Assembly: GCA_965227515.1 (NCBI GenBank)
Contig: CBDDFZ010000001.1
Coordinates: forward strand, 3,072,001-3,136,000
Source: Alphaproteobacteria bacterium
Lineage (GTDB): Bacteria; Pseudomonadota; Alphaproteobacteria; CALKHQ01
Length of the DNA: 64,000 nt
Direction of reading: 5' to 3'
Shown here: one piece after another, positions 1 through 10,227 of the stretch
Numbering within the stretch: position 1 is the stretch's first letter
Layout of the letters: every line of letters begins with the position of its first letter
The notes under the pieces: model-generated
The model's database searches: none
What the model was told of the DNA's origin: nothing
What the model saw: the letters and a program-made list of their open reading frames with translations, nothing else
Program-made: the position numbers and the translations under genes

Positions 1-694
1 TGACGAAGAAGATGAACGGCAGGGAGTACAGAATGTCGACCAGCCGCATCATGGCGTTGTCGACCTTGCCGCCCATGTAGCCGGCGATGGCGCCATAGGT
101 GACGCCGATCAGCAGGCTGACGGCGGTGGCCAGCAGTCCGATCAAGAGCGAGATCTGGCCGCCGATGAACACGCGGGTCATCAGGTCGCGGCCGTTGGAT
201 TCCGTGCCGAACAGGAAATAGTACTGCACCACGTTCGCCCGCGCGGTGCCGCGGGTCGGATCGCCCGGGTCGATCTCGATCGCCGCGTTGGAGAACACGT
301 CGACCCGGTCCAGATAGCGCGACAGCCGGGGATCGATCTCCTCCTCGCTGGTGAGGGTGACAACGATGACCCCGCCGTCGATTTCGAAACCCTCGATGGT
401 CACGCCCGAGCGGCGGAACGCGCGGTCCAGAATCTCAGCGATCTGCTCGTCGGCCGGGTAGGGGCTCAGGCTCGGCGGCACCTTGACGAAGTCCTGGTAG
501 CCCTCGTCGTAGTCGTGACCGCCGACCATGGGGCCGAAGACGCACACGATGGCGACCAGGCCGAGCACGACGAAGCTGGTCATCGCCGCCTTGTTGGCCC
601 GCAGCCGCGCCCAGGCGTCGCGCCACAGGCTGCGGCCGCGCACCAATTGGGCAGCGTCGGTCGGGGGCACGCGATCCGCGTCGACGGTCGTCAT
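1..694 (-). CDS. oppC: oligopeptide ABC transporter permease (3' end runs off the window)
   Basis: ATG at 694 reads MTTVDAD...RGRSLWRDAWARLRANKAAM...FGTESNGRDLMTR, an OppC-type N-terminus; lies directly downstream of oppB. Confidence 0.88.
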   Translation of the reverse strand, partial: MTTVDADRVPPTDAAQLVRGRSLWRDAWARLRANKAAMTSFVVLGLVAIVCVFGPMVGGHDYDEGYQDFVKVPPSLSPYPADEQIAEILDRAFRRSGVTIEGFEIDGGVIVVTLTSEEEIDPRLSRYLDRVDVFSNAAIEIDPGDPTRGTARANVVQYYFLFGTESNGRDLMTRVFIGGQISLLIGLLATAVSLLIGVTYGAIAGYMGGKVDNAMMRLVDILYSLPFIFFV

Positions 695-706
695 CGGTGC
701 GGCCGG

Positions 707-1630
707 CTATTCATAGCGCACCTTCGGGTCGAGCAGGCTGTAGAGCAGGTCGATCACCAGGTTGAAGACGACGATGAAGGTGGCGACCAGGATGACCGTA
801 CCCATCACCAGGGTGTAGTCGCGGTTCAGCGCACCCTGCACGAAGTAGCGGCCGACGCCCGGCATGCCGAAGATCTGCTCGATCACCACCGAGCCGGTCA
901 GCAGCGCCGCCGCCGCCGGCCCCAGGTACGAGGCGACAGGCAGCAGGGCGCCGCGCAGGGCGTGGACGACGACCACCACATGGCCGGGCAGGCCATAGGC
1001 GCGCGCCGTGCGCACGTGGTTGGAGCGCAGCGCTTCCAGCATAGAGCCCCGCGTCAGCCGCGCGATCACCGCGATCTGCAGCAGCGACAGCGTTACGATC
1101 GGCAGCACCTTGTACTGGAATGCACCTTCGCCCCAGCCGCCGGCCGGCAGCACGTCCAGGTAGAGCGCGAAGACCAGAGAGAAGATCGGCGCCAGCACGA
1201 AGTTGGGCACCGTCACGCCGACCATGGCGATGCCCATGATCGAATAGTCGGCGGCCCGGTTCTGGTTCAGTGCCGCGATGGTGCCGGCGGGAATGCCGAT
1301 CATCAGCGCCAGCAGGAGGGCCGATGCGCCAAGCTCGATGGAGACCGGCAGCCCGTCCATCAGCAACTCGGCCACGGTGTGGTCGCGATAGACGAAGCTG
1401 GGACCGAAATCGCCCTGGGCTAGGTTCTGCAGATAGTAGAGGTATTGCATCACCAGCGAATCGTTCAGGTGATACATCTCCTCCAGCGCGTCGATGGTCG
1501 ACTGGGGCAGGGGGCGCTCCAGGTCGAACGGCCCGCCGGGCGCCACCCGGATCAGGAAGAACGTGATCGTCACGATCACGAACAGCGTCGGGATCGCGAT
1601 CAGCAGCCGGCGGATGAAATAGGTGAACAT
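707..1630 (-). CDS. oppB: oligopeptide ABC transporter permease
   Basis: YFIRRLL...APGGPF, GDFGPS, RTARAYG (EAA loop), RDYTLV, LDPKVR. Confidence 0.93.
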   Translation of the reverse strand: MFTYFIRRLLIAIPTLFVIVTITFFLIRVAPGGPFDLERPLPQSTIDALEEMYHLNDSLVMQYLYYLQNLAQGDFGPSFVYRDHTVAELLMDGLPVSIELGASALLLALMIGIPAGTIAALNQNRAADYSIMGIAMVGVTVPNFVLAPIFSLVFALYLDVLPAGGWGEGAFQYKVLPIVTLSLLQIAVIARLTRGSMLEALRSNHVRTARAYGLPGHVVVVVHALRGALLPVASYLGPAAAALLTGSVVIEQIFGMPGVGRYFVQGALNRDYTLVMGTVILVATFIVVFNLVIDLLYSLLDPKVRYE

Positions 1631-1733
1631 CGCTAGCGGCTATCCGCTGGAATTGCCGTCGCCGCCGCATCCAACACGATTGCCGCTCTCGGGCCCGTGC
1701 CTGCGAGATTCGCACGTCTCGCCAAGACTTCAT

Positions 1734-1913
1734 CGTCATCCTCGCCCTCGTGGCGAGGATCCATGTGTGTCCAGAATTTCAATGCTATGTGTGATTCGCG
1801 CCAGCCAGGGGCAGTGGGCAGACCGGCACCGGGACGCGCAGGCATCGCGCACACCAAGCTCGTTTCCGGGCCTTGCACGGAAATGGGTCCTCGGCACAAG
1901 GCCGAGGACGACA
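1734..1913. repeat. CGTC-type REP doublet (inverted pair)
   Basis: cgtcatcctcgccctcgtggcgaggatcca (1734-1763) and inverted tgggtcctcggcacaaggccgaggacgaca (1884-1913), each an internal hairpin, between oppA and oppB. Confidence 0.7.
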
Positions 1914-2078
1914 ATGTTTCTTCGTGGCTGGGATCGAGCAACCCAACGTCACAGCCATGCCCGCGAACCGCGGTCGTCCGACTGACGGTTACGACCGTTT
2001 CGGGCAGGTCGTTGCTCATGGCACGGCAGGCGGACCGGGCACGTCGATTGTGCCGCGGCCCGCCAATGCCCGTCGCCG

Positions 2079-3686
2079 TTATTCGGTGATGCTCATGAAC
2101 CTGGACGGGTGGACGTTCTGAATGTTGTCCTCCCAGCCGTGCAGGTTGGTCGACACCAGGTTGGTCGACGCATAGTAGAGCAGCGGAATGAACGGCAGGT
2201 CACGCATGAACAGCTCTTCTGCCTGGAAGAGGATGTCCGCGCGCTCCTTCAGGTCGACGGTCGCCGCCGCCTGGTCCATCAGGGCATCGTATTCGGCGTT
2301 GTTGTAGTTGGCGTAGTTGAACCCGTCATTGTCGCTCTCGACCATGAACAGGAAGTTCTGCGGGTCGGAGTAGTCGCCGATCCAGGCGGCGCGGGCGACG
2401 TCGAAGTCGCCGCCGTCGCGCAGATGGGCATAGTGGGTGGCGACGTCGGAGTTCAGCAGCGAGGTCTCGACGCCCAGCGGGGCCCACATATCGGCGATCG
2501 CCACCGCCACTTTCTGGTGGTTCTCCGACGTGTTGAAGCGGATCTCGATCGTCAGCGGGTTCTCGGGCCCGAAGCCGGCGTCGGTCAGAAGCTGCAATGC
2601 CTCGTCCTCGCGGTCCAGCATCGACATGTCCTTGTAGTCGGCATAGGCCGGCTCGCCATAATTGCCGATGCCCGGCGGCACGAACGAGTACGCCGGCAGG
2701 AAGGCGCCGCCCATGATCTCCTCGCCCAGGAAGTCGCGGTCGATCGCCAGCGACAGCGCGCGACGGATGTTGATGTCGTCCAGCGGCGGCTTGTCCATCT
2801 TCACGGCGTAATAGTAGGTGCCCAGGTACGGGGCGGCCCGGAATTCGTCGGGCATGTTCTCGGTCATCCAGGGGATCTGCTCGAACGGCACGTCGTTGTT
2901 GCTGTGCAGCTCGCCGGCCTGGAAGCGGCGCAGCGCGGCCGAGCGATCCTCGGTCGGGTAGAAGTAGACCACGTCGATGGCCACATTGGCCGCGTCGTGG
3001 AAGTTCGGGTTCTTCACCACCCGGATGTGACCGTTGATGACCACCTCGTCCAGCATGTAGGCGCCGTTCGACACCATGTTGCCGGGCTGCACGAAGTCGT
3101 CGCCATACTGCTCGACCGAGCCCGGATGCACCGGCAAGCCGGTCTGGTGGGTCAGCAGTTCCAGGAAGTACGGGGTCGCAGCCTCAAGCGTGATCTCCAG
3201 CGTCGCGTCGTCGACCGCGACCGCGCCCAGTTCGCTCGGGTCCATCTCGCCGGTGTTCACCGCCTCGGCGTTGAGGATCGGGTAGAGGATGTTGGCGTAT
3301 TCCGCGCCGGTCGCCGGGTTCAGGATGCGCTGCAGCGAATACACGAAGTCGCCGGCCACCACCGGGTCGCCGTTCGACCACTTCGCGTCGCCGCGGAAAT
3401 GGAACGTGTAGACCGTGCCGTCCTCGTTCAGCTCCCAGCTTTCGGCGACGCCCGGGATGACATTGGCGCCGGCATCGTAGACCACCAGGCCCTCGTACAG
3501 GTCGCGCAGGATGTGCGCCTCGTAGACGGTGGACGTGCGGTGCTGGTCGAGCGTCTCCGGCTCACCGGTATTGCCCCGGTGATAGACGACCTCGGCGAAG
3601 GCCGACGTTGCCGCATACGACGCGCCCAGCGCGACGGCGGCGGCCAACCCCAAGGTGCGGAGTGTGTCCCTCATGTGAACCTCCAT
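2079..3686 (-). CDS. oppA: oligopeptide ABC transporter substrate-binding protein
   Basis: signal peptide; EPETLDQ, LYEGLV, PGVAESW, KWSNGDPV family-5 SBP motifs; start may be the second Met (MRDTL). Confidence 0.93.
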   Translation of the reverse strand: MEVHMRDTLRTLGLAAAVALGASYAATSAFAEVVYHRGNTGEPETLDQHRTSTVYEAHILRDLYEGLVVYDAGANVIPGVAESWELNEDGTVYTFHFRGDAKWSNGDPVVAGDFVYSLQRILNPATGAEYANILYPILNAEAVNTGEMDPSELGAVAVDDATLEITLEAATPYFLELLTHQTGLPVHPGSVEQYGDDFVQPGNMVSNGAYMLDEVVINGHIRVVKNPNFHDAANVAIDVVYFYPTEDRSAALRRFQAGELHSNNDVPFEQIPWMTENMPDEFRAAPYLGTYYYAVKMDKPPLDDINIRRALSLAIDRDFLGEEIMGGAFLPAYSFVPPGIGNYGEPAYADYKDMSMLDREDEALQLLTDAGFGPENPLTIEIRFNTSENHQKVAVAIADMWAPLGVETSLLNSDVATHYAHLRDGGDFDVARAAWIGDYSDPQNFLFMVESDNDGFNYANYNNAEYDALMDQAAATVDLKERADILFQAEELFMRDLPFIPLLYYASTNLVSTNLHGWEDNIQNVHPSRFMSITE

Positions 3687-3825
3687 GACGTGGGCCCCGT
3701 GGATGGGGCATTGCTCTGTCGATCCGGCCCAACCGGATCGCGGAGATTGGCGTCATGTTAGGGTGACCTCCGCATGCAGGCCAAGCGAATTACTGTGAAT
3801 GACCCTTGTAACGCGGCCCGAATTC

Positions 3826-4488
3826 TCACCCCCGCCGAAGATGGCCCAGCAGCCGCCACGAGCGCCGCGCGACGGTGATGGCGGTGCCGGCGGCGATGAC
3901 CCAGAGGGCGATTTCCAACACCGGCATGCCGATGGCGTCCGCGCCCCACAGCGGCTCGAACAGCGCAATCAAGGCACCCAGCGTGACCGTGAACATGCGG
4001 TGCGGCTTGGCCATCGGGCCGCAGAAATCGGGCTTGGCGCCTTCCGCCCGCCCGAGCTCGCGCACGTAGGCGGTCAGCACCGCCAGCATCGCCGTGGCCC
4101 AGCCCAGTTCCGCCGCGCCGGCGCCATAGCCGACGCCGACCAGGATGGCAGCGTCCGACAGCCGGTCCGGCATCTCGTTCCAGAACGCACCGTCGGGCGA
4201 TTGCTTGCCGCCCTCCACCGCGACCATGCCGTCGATCAGGTTGCAGAGCAGCCGCACCTGGCAGAACAGGGCGCCCGTCAGCAGCAGCACGACGCGCAAC
4301 GCACCTTCGCTGGTGCCCGTCAGCCAGAACGCCCCGCCCGACAGGATCGCCGCCGCCAGCCCGAATTGGGAGATCTGGTTGGGGGTGACGGCCGTTGCCG
4401 CCAGCCGGCGCGACAGGGCGCGTGCCCATCCGGTGTCGCGGCTGGCCAGCGGGCGGCGGTTGGCCGGTCCATTGCTCGGTTCTGTCAT
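3826..4488 (-). CDS. CDP-alcohol phosphatidyltransferase family protein
   Basis: TPNQIS and NLIDGMVA...G...NEMPDRLSD motif; ATG at 4488 overlaps the upstream stop. Confidence 0.85.
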   Translation of the reverse strand: MTEPSNGPANRRPLASRDTGWARALSRRLAATAVTPNQISQFGLAAAILSGGAFWLTGTSEGALRVVLLLTGALFCQVRLLCNLIDGMVAVEGGKQSPDGAFWNEMPDRLSDAAILVGVGYGAGAAELGWATAMLAVLTAYVRELGRAEGAKPDFCGPMAKPHRMFTVTLGALIALFEPLWGADAIGMPVLEIALWVIAAGTAITVARRSWRLLGHLRRG

Positions 4489-5435
4489 GCGACCGACCAC
4501 CAGAAGCGCACGAGGTGGAAGAAGATCGGGGCGGAGAAGACCAGGGAGTCGATACGGTCGATGATGCCGCCATGGCCTGCGATCAGGTGGCCCCAGTCCT
4601 TGACCCCGCGGTCTCGCTTGATCGCCGACATGACCAGCCCGCCGAAGAACCCCATCAGCGCCGCCACCAGCGCCAGCGCGCCGGCCTCCACGACGGAGAA
4701 CGGCGTGATCCACCACAGGGCGGCGCCCGCGGCGGCCGCGCTCAGCACCCCGCCGATCAGCCCCTCCCAGGTCTTGGACGGCGACAGCGATGGCGCCACC
4801 TTGTGCCGGCCGAACAGCTTGCCCCACACATACTGCATCACGTCGCTGAACTGGACGACCACGATCAGGAACGCGATCAGCAGCATCTCGCGCCCCTCGT
4901 AGCCCGGTATGCGCAGCGCCAGCAGGGAGGGGAGGTGGGACACGCAATAGACGCTGATCATCACCGCCCACTGGGCCTCGGTTATGCGGTCCAGGAAATT
5001 GTCGGTCTCGCCGCGCACCACCGCCACGATCGGCATCAGCAGGAAGGCGTAGACGGGGATGAAGATGGCGAAGAACTGGTACCAGTCGATCCAGACCAGC
5101 CAGTAGTTGAACGGCAGCACGATGAAGAACGCGCCGGCCAGCGCCATGTGGTCCGCCTGCGCGGTGCGGGCCAGGGTCACGAACTCGCGCAAGGCCGCGA
5201 ACGAGACGATGATGAACAGGATCATGATGCCCGGCCGCCCGGCCCAGAAAGCGATGCCGAGCAGGATGACCATCACCCACCACGCCCTGATGCGCGCGTT
5301 CAGGTTCTCCACGGTCACGTTGGTGCGGTCGCGCGAGAACCGCCACTGCATCGCCATGCCGATCGCCGTCGCCACCACCAGGATGCCGCCTATAATGGCA
5401 AGCAACAGCAGCAGGTCGTCGTGCGCCGGGCTCAT
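4485..5435 (-). CDS. phosphatidate cytidylyltransferase family protein
   Basis: SPSKTWEG and SAIKRDRGVKDWG...GHGGIIDRIDS signature. Confidence 0.9.
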   Translation of the reverse strand: MSPAHDDLLLLLAIIGGILVVATAIGMAMQWRFSRDRTNVTVENLNARIRAWWVMVILLGIAFWAGRPGIMILFIIVSFAALREFVTLARTAQADHMALAGAFFIVLPFNYWLVWIDWYQFFAIFIPVYAFLLMPIVAVVRGETDNFLDRITEAQWAVMISVYCVSHLPSLLALRIPGYEGREMLLIAFLIVVVQFSDVMQYVWGKLFGRHKVAPSLSPSKTWEGLIGGVLSAAAAGAALWWITPFSVVEAGALALVAALMGFFGGLVMSAIKRDRGVKDWGHLIAGHGGIIDRIDSLVFSAPIFFHLVRFWWSVA

Positions 5436-6079
5436 GCCGCTGCCGCTGCCGCCTGCGGCCGCGCGGCCAGCGCCAGCAGGGCCTGTTCGGCGCGGGCGGT
5501 AAACGCCTGCTTGTCCTCGTCATCTGCGATGCGGATCGCGGCACCGAAGGTGACGGTGCAGATCAGCGGCAACGGGATGACCTCACCCTTCGGCAGCACC
5601 CGGTTCAGATTGTCGATCCAGACCGGCACCAGGTCGACCTCCGGGCGCGCCTTGGCCAGGTGGTAGAGCCCGGCCTTGAACGGCAAGAGCGCCTTCTTCG
5701 AGGTGTTGCGGGTGCCTTCGGGAAACAGGATCAGCGAGGCGCCGTCGTCCAATGCGGCGCTCATCGCCCGGATCGGATGGCGCTCCCCGGTGACCTTCTC
5801 GCGGTCGATCAGCACCGAGCGGAACACCCGCTCGCCGATGAAGCGGCGGATCGCCGAGCTGTGCCAATAGTCCCGCGCCGCCACCGGGCGCGCGGTGCGG
5901 CGCAACGCTGGCGGCATCACCGACCAGATCAGCACGAAGTCGCCGTGACTGGCATGATTGGCGAAGTAGATCCGCTGCCGGGCCATCGGCTCGATGCCCT
6001 GCCAGATTGCCCGTGCCGCGGTGATGGCGCGGGCAAACAGGATGATGGCATTGGCGACGATGCTGGCGAAGAAAGTCAT
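5432..6079 (-). CDS. lysophospholipid acyltransferase (PlsC-like)
   Basis: NHASHGD (HX4D) and FPEGTR motifs; start MTFFAS. Confidence 0.88.
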   Translation of the reverse strand: MTFFASIVANAIILFARAITAARAIWQGIEPMARQRIYFANHASHGDFVLIWSVMPPALRRTARPVAARDYWHSSAIRRFIGERVFRSVLIDREKVTGERHPIRAMSAALDDGASLILFPEGTRNTSKKALLPFKAGLYHLAKARPEVDLVPVWIDNLNRVLPKGEVIPLPLICTVTFGAAIRIADDEDKQAFTARAEQALLALAARPQAAAAAA

Positions 6080-6200
6080 GCACCCCCCCGCGGGGCATTG
6101 GCGACAAGGCCCCTCATGGTTTGGTAGGGGCAAATCGGTGCTGCCGTCCAGTGCGATGCTGCCGCCGCCGAGTTGACAACCGGCGTGCCGGCATTGCCAT

Positions 6201-7679
6201 GTGCCGGCCATGCGCCTCGGCAACCAAACCGTTGACGGTCTTGCGCCGTCGATTGCCCGGCCCGGCTATGACCGGGCGCGCGTCACGGCGGGCATCGTCC
6301 ATTTGGGGCTGGGGGCGTTTCACCGTGCCCACCAGGCCGCCTACACCGATGCCGTTCTCGGTGAGGACCCAGGCTGGGGCATCGTTGGCGCCAGCCTGCG
6401 CAGCGCCGATACGGTGCAGGCGCTCGCGCCGCAGGATGGCCTCTACACCTTGGCGGCGCGCGGGCCCGATGGCGACGCGTTGCGCGTCATCGGTGCGCTG
6501 GTCGGGCTGATCGGGCCCGGCGACCTGGCGGGCAAGCTGCTCCCCGCCTTGTGCGACCCCCGGGTCAGGGTCGTGACCATGACGGTGACCGAGAAGGGCT
6601 ACAGCCACGACCCGTCGACCGGCGACCTGGACCCGGCGCACCCTGCCATCGCTGCCGATCTGGCACGGCCCGAGGAGCCATCGTCGGTCCCCGGCCTGCT
6701 GGTCGAGGCGCTGCACCGGCGCCGCGACGCCGGCATCGCGCCCTTCGCGGCGGTCAGTTGCGACAACCTGGCCGCCAATGGGCACACGCTGCATCGCGTG
6801 TTGTGCCAATACGCCGGTCTGCGCGACCGCGACCTCGCCGCGTACGTGGAAGGCGAGGTGACCTGCCCGTCGACCATGGTCGACCGCATCACCCCGGCCG
6901 CCACTGCCGACGACCGCACGGCCATCTCACGCGCGCTGGGACTGGACGATGCCGCGCCCGTGGTGGCCGAGCCTTTCTCGCAATGGGTGGTTGAGGACAG
7001 TTTCCCGGCCGGGCGCCCGCCATGGGAGGCGGCGGGTGCCGAACTGGTGGCCGATGTCGCGCCCTATGAAGCGATGAAGCTCAGACTGCTCAACGGCGCG
7101 CACTCCGCGCTGGCGTATCTGGGCTATTTATCCGGCTGCGAGACCGTGGCCGACGCCATGGCCGAACCGGGCCTGGCCGCCTTCGCCGATGCGCTGATGG
7201 GCGACGCCGCGTCGACGCTCACCATGCCCGGCGGCGCGGATGTGGCCGCCTATCGCCGGCAGTTGTTGCAGCGTTTCCGCAACCCGGCGCTGCGGCACCG
7301 TACCTGGCAGATCGCCATGGACGGCAGCCAGAAGCTGCCGCAGCGCTTGCTGGCCCCGGTATCCGCACGATTGGCCAATGGCGCGCCGATAGGCCGGCAT
7401 GCCTTGGCTGTGGCGGCTTGGATGCGCTATGTCGCCGGCGCCGATGAGGCGGGCCGGCCCATCGACGTGCGCGACCCGCTGGCCGGTTCACTGCGCTCTG
7501 CCTGCGAACAGGCCGGGCCGGAGTCGCGGGCGCAGGTGGGCGCACTCCTGAACGTGCGCGCGGTATTCGGTAACGAATTGGCAGCGGATCAACGCTTTGT
7601 GAGCGCTGTTGTTGCAGCGCACAAGATGCTGGTTTGCCGCGGCGCGCGGCGGGCTGCCGCGAATTACGCCGCCGATTAG
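6201..7679 (+). CDS. mannitol dehydrogenase family protein (D-mannonate/fructuronate oxidoreductase-like)
   Basis: HLGLGAFHRAHQA, TVTEKGY, SCDNL, MVDRITP, KLRLLNGAHS, DGSQKLPQR. Confidence 0.9.
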   Translation: MPAMRLGNQTVDGLAPSIARPGYDRARVTAGIVHLGLGAFHRAHQAAYTDAVLGEDPGWGIVGASLRSADTVQALAPQDGLYTLAARGPDGDALRVIGALVGLIGPGDLAGKLLPALCDPRVRVVTMTVTEKGYSHDPSTGDLDPAHPAIAADLARPEEPSSVPGLLVEALHRRRDAGIAPFAAVSCDNLAANGHTLHRVLCQYAGLRDRDLAAYVEGEVTCPSTMVDRITPAATADDRTAISRALGLDDAAPVVAEPFSQWVVEDSFPAGRPPWEAAGAELVADVAPYEAMKLRLLNGAHSALAYLGYLSGCETVADAMAEPGLAAFADALMGDAASTLTMPGGADVAAYRRQLLQRFRNPALRHRTWQIAMDGSQKLPQRLLAPVSARLANGAPIGRHALAVAAWMRYVAGADEAGRPIDVRDPLAGSLRSACEQAGPESRAQVGALLNVRAVFGNELAADQRFVSAVVAAHKMLVCRGARRAAANYAAD

Positions 7680-7856
7680 TATCCAGACGGTGCGTAAGAA
7701 ATTTTAACGAATTCGTCCGATATTTGATTCGGATTGGCGCCAAAAACGCCTCGTATTTGCGATGAATTCGTGCCCTTTGTTCGAGGCGAATAGGCCGGTT
7801 GGCCGTATGCTTACCAAGCGGGGACAAGAAATGTCCCTGGACGGCACGCACACAAA

Positions 7857-9770
7857 GTGGAGCAGCGCATGCAGGCAGCAGCGCTAGATGAAGCCGAGTT
7901 GAATGCGGTCTTCTGGAACAGCCCGAAGATCCTGGTGGTCGAGGACGATGTCGTCGACCGCAGGGTGGTCTGTCGGTTGCTGCGGAAGATCTTCGGCGAG
8001 GCGATGGTCCTGGAAGTCGCGGAGAATGTGCAGCAAGCCCTGGAGGCCGCGCGCGAGAGCGTCTTCGACATCTTCATTGTCGATTTCAATCTGGATACCG
8101 AGACGGGCATCGACCTGGCCGCCAAGTGCGGCAACGAGGACGCGCCCCAGATCTTCATTCTGCTGACCGGCGAAGACAGTTGGCAGGTCGACTATCAGGC
8201 GATGAGCGCTGGTTTCGCCGACTATCTGGTGAAGACCGACCTGAGCGAGAAACGGCTGGAGCGCTCCCTGCGGTACGCCTGGCGCGCGATGCGCCAGAAG
8301 CGCTTGTTGATGGAGCAGGCCACCGAACTGCGGCGCGCCAAGGCGGAGATCGAGATCGAGTCGAGCGCGCACCGCCAACTGGCCGAAGAACTGACCATTA
8401 CGCAGCGGCAACTGGAAGCCGCACTGGCCGAGGCGGGTCGCAACGAGGCGCGGTATCGCTGGCTGGCGCATCACGACCAGCTTACCGAGCTGCCGAACCG
8501 CACCCTTTTTGCAGCCAAGCTGGCGGAAGGCATGCGCCAGTCCTCCCGGTCGGGGCGCGTGCTCGCGCTGTGCGTGCTGGATCTGGATCGGTTCAAGCAG
8601 GTCAACGACAGCTACGGCCACAAGGCCGGCGACGAGTTGCTGACTCTGGCCGGCGAGCGCATGCAGGCCTGCCTGCGCTCCACTGACATCGTGGCGCGCC
8701 TGGCCGGCGATGAGTTCGCCATTATCATGACCAACCTGGGCAGCCGGTCCGATGCGTTCCAACCGGCCCAGAAGATCGCCCACGCCCTTTCCGAACCGTT
8801 CGAGATTCAGGGGCATGTCGTGGAGATTGGCGTCAGCCTGGGGATCGCCGACTACGATGGCAGCGAGGCGGTGGAGCGCGACGAACTGTTGCATCGCGCC
8901 GACCTGGCGCTGTATCGCGCCAAGGAGTCCCGGCAGGGCCAGATCGAGTATTACGATGAGGCGCTGACAGCCAAGTGCCGGCGCGACAGCGCCATCAAGC
9001 TGCGCCTGGGCCGCGCGATCCGTAACAACGAGCTATACCTCGTGTTCCAGCCCAAGCTGTCGATTGCGACCGGCAGAGTGGTGGGCATGGAGGCCTTGGC
9101 CCGGTGGCATGACCCGGAACTGGGACAGGTCTCGCCAGTGGAATTCGTGCCGATCGCGGAATCGACCGGCCTTATCGACGACCTGACCAAGTGTGTCCTG
9201 AAGCAGGCCCTGAATACCCTGGTGGACTGGCAGGCAACGGCACTGGCCAATATCCCCATGGCGGTCAATATCTCGGCGACGCAGTTGAAGTCTGACAAGC
9301 CGGTGAAGCTGGTCAAGCGCCTTCTCAGTCGCTACGACGTCGCGCCGCATCTGCTGGAACTGGAGATCACCGAGACCGCCGCGTTGCATGACATCGACGA
9401 TGCCGTTCTGTTGCTCAATAGATTGCGCGACATCGGCATTTCGGTCGCCATCGACGACTTCGGCACCGGGTATTCCTACCTTGGCCTGGCAACCAGGCTG
9501 CCGGTGAACTGCTTGAAGATCGATCGCAGTTTCGTGGCCGGCATGCTGACCAACCCGTCCGACGGCGCCGCGGTCAGGGCGACCATCGCGTTGGCGCACA
9601 GCCTGGGCATGCGCGCGGTGGGCGAGGGCGTTGAGACACCGCAGCAGCTGAATTTTCTCAAGCAGCATGGCTGCGACGAGGCCCAGGGATACTACATCGT
9701 GCATCCGCTGCCGGCGGCGGACCTGGAAAACTGGTTCGCCGAGCGCGAGAAGCAGCAGGACGCCGCGTAG
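7857..9770 (+). CDS. REC-GGDEF-EAL c-di-GMP signalling protein
   Basis: receiver domain (LVVEDD...IVD...LTG...DYLVK), AHHDQLTELPNR, RLAGDEF, EALAR, DDFGTGYS. Confidence 0.93.
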   Translation: MEQRMQAAALDEAELNAVFWNSPKILVVEDDVVDRRVVCRLLRKIFGEAMVLEVAENVQQALEAARESVFDIFIVDFNLDTETGIDLAAKCGNEDAPQIFILLTGEDSWQVDYQAMSAGFADYLVKTDLSEKRLERSLRYAWRAMRQKRLLMEQATELRRAKAEIEIESSAHRQLAEELTITQRQLEAALAEAGRNEARYRWLAHHDQLTELPNRTLFAAKLAEGMRQSSRSGRVLALCVLDLDRFKQVNDSYGHKAGDELLTLAGERMQACLRSTDIVARLAGDEFAIIMTNLGSRSDAFQPAQKIAHALSEPFEIQGHVVEIGVSLGIADYDGSEAVERDELLHRADLALYRAKESRQGQIEYYDEALTAKCRRDSAIKLRLGRAIRNNELYLVFQPKLSIATGRVVGMEALARWHDPELGQVSPVEFVPIAESTGLIDDLTKCVLKQALNTLVDWQATALANIPMAVNISATQLKSDKPVKLVKRLLSRYDVAPHLLELEITETAALHDIDDAVLLLNRLRDIGISVAIDDFGTGYSYLGLATRLPVNCLKIDRSFVAGMLTNPSDGAAVRATIALAHSLGMRAVGEGVETPQQLNFLKQHGCDEAQGYYIVHPLPAADLENWFAEREKQQDAA

Positions 9771-9873
9771 GCGGAAATCGCTGTCCCAGAATTTCTGACG
9801 GAATTGGAGCCGGGCGCCTGGTCATGCGCACCCGGCCATTCGGCATGGCTGCGGCACGCCGTCTGCAGTCTTG

Positions 9874-9889
9874 CGTGACCTACCGCACA
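9874..9889. promoter_or_regulatory. CRP-box-like site
   Basis: CGTGA-cctacc-GCACA, 8/10 match to TGTGA-N6-TCACA. Confidence 0.35.
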
Positions 9890-9961
9890 GGCGCGCCCAC
9901 GCATCGCTCCCAATTATCCATCATCGCCGGACACGAAGCCGGCGGAAAGAACGGGAGCCAG

Positions 9962-10216
9962 ATGCAAGAAACGAACGCCGTCGCAATCGCCACCACAGCG
10001 CACCGGCGAAACCTGAACGCAATTCGAACACGGCATCTGCTTGCCGCGCGGGCAGAACCCGGCGCGCGCCTGGATGACCGTAACGGGGCCTGGGGGGCCA
10101 GCCGCCAGTTTACGCCGCACCTGCGGCCGGCCACCCAGCAAGCACCGCCGTCGGCCAAGGCCGACGGCGGTGTCGCCTTTGCACCATATTGTCCTGCCAC
10201 CGTGATTTGCATGTGA
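9962..10216 (+). CDS. possible small hypothetical protein (84 aa)
   Basis: GGGAG RBS-like sequence before ATG 9962; no recognisable domain. Confidence 0.3.
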   Translation: MQETNAVAIATTAHRRNLNAIRTRHLLAARAEPGARLDDRNGAWGASRQFTPHLRPATQQAPPSAKADGGVAFAPYCPATVICM

Positions 10217-10227
10217 CCGCCGTCACG
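10212..10227. promoter_or_regulatory. CRP-box-like site upstream of the STAND gene
   Basis: TGTGA-ccgccg-TCACG, 9/10 match to TGTGA-N6-TCACA. Confidence 0.5.
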
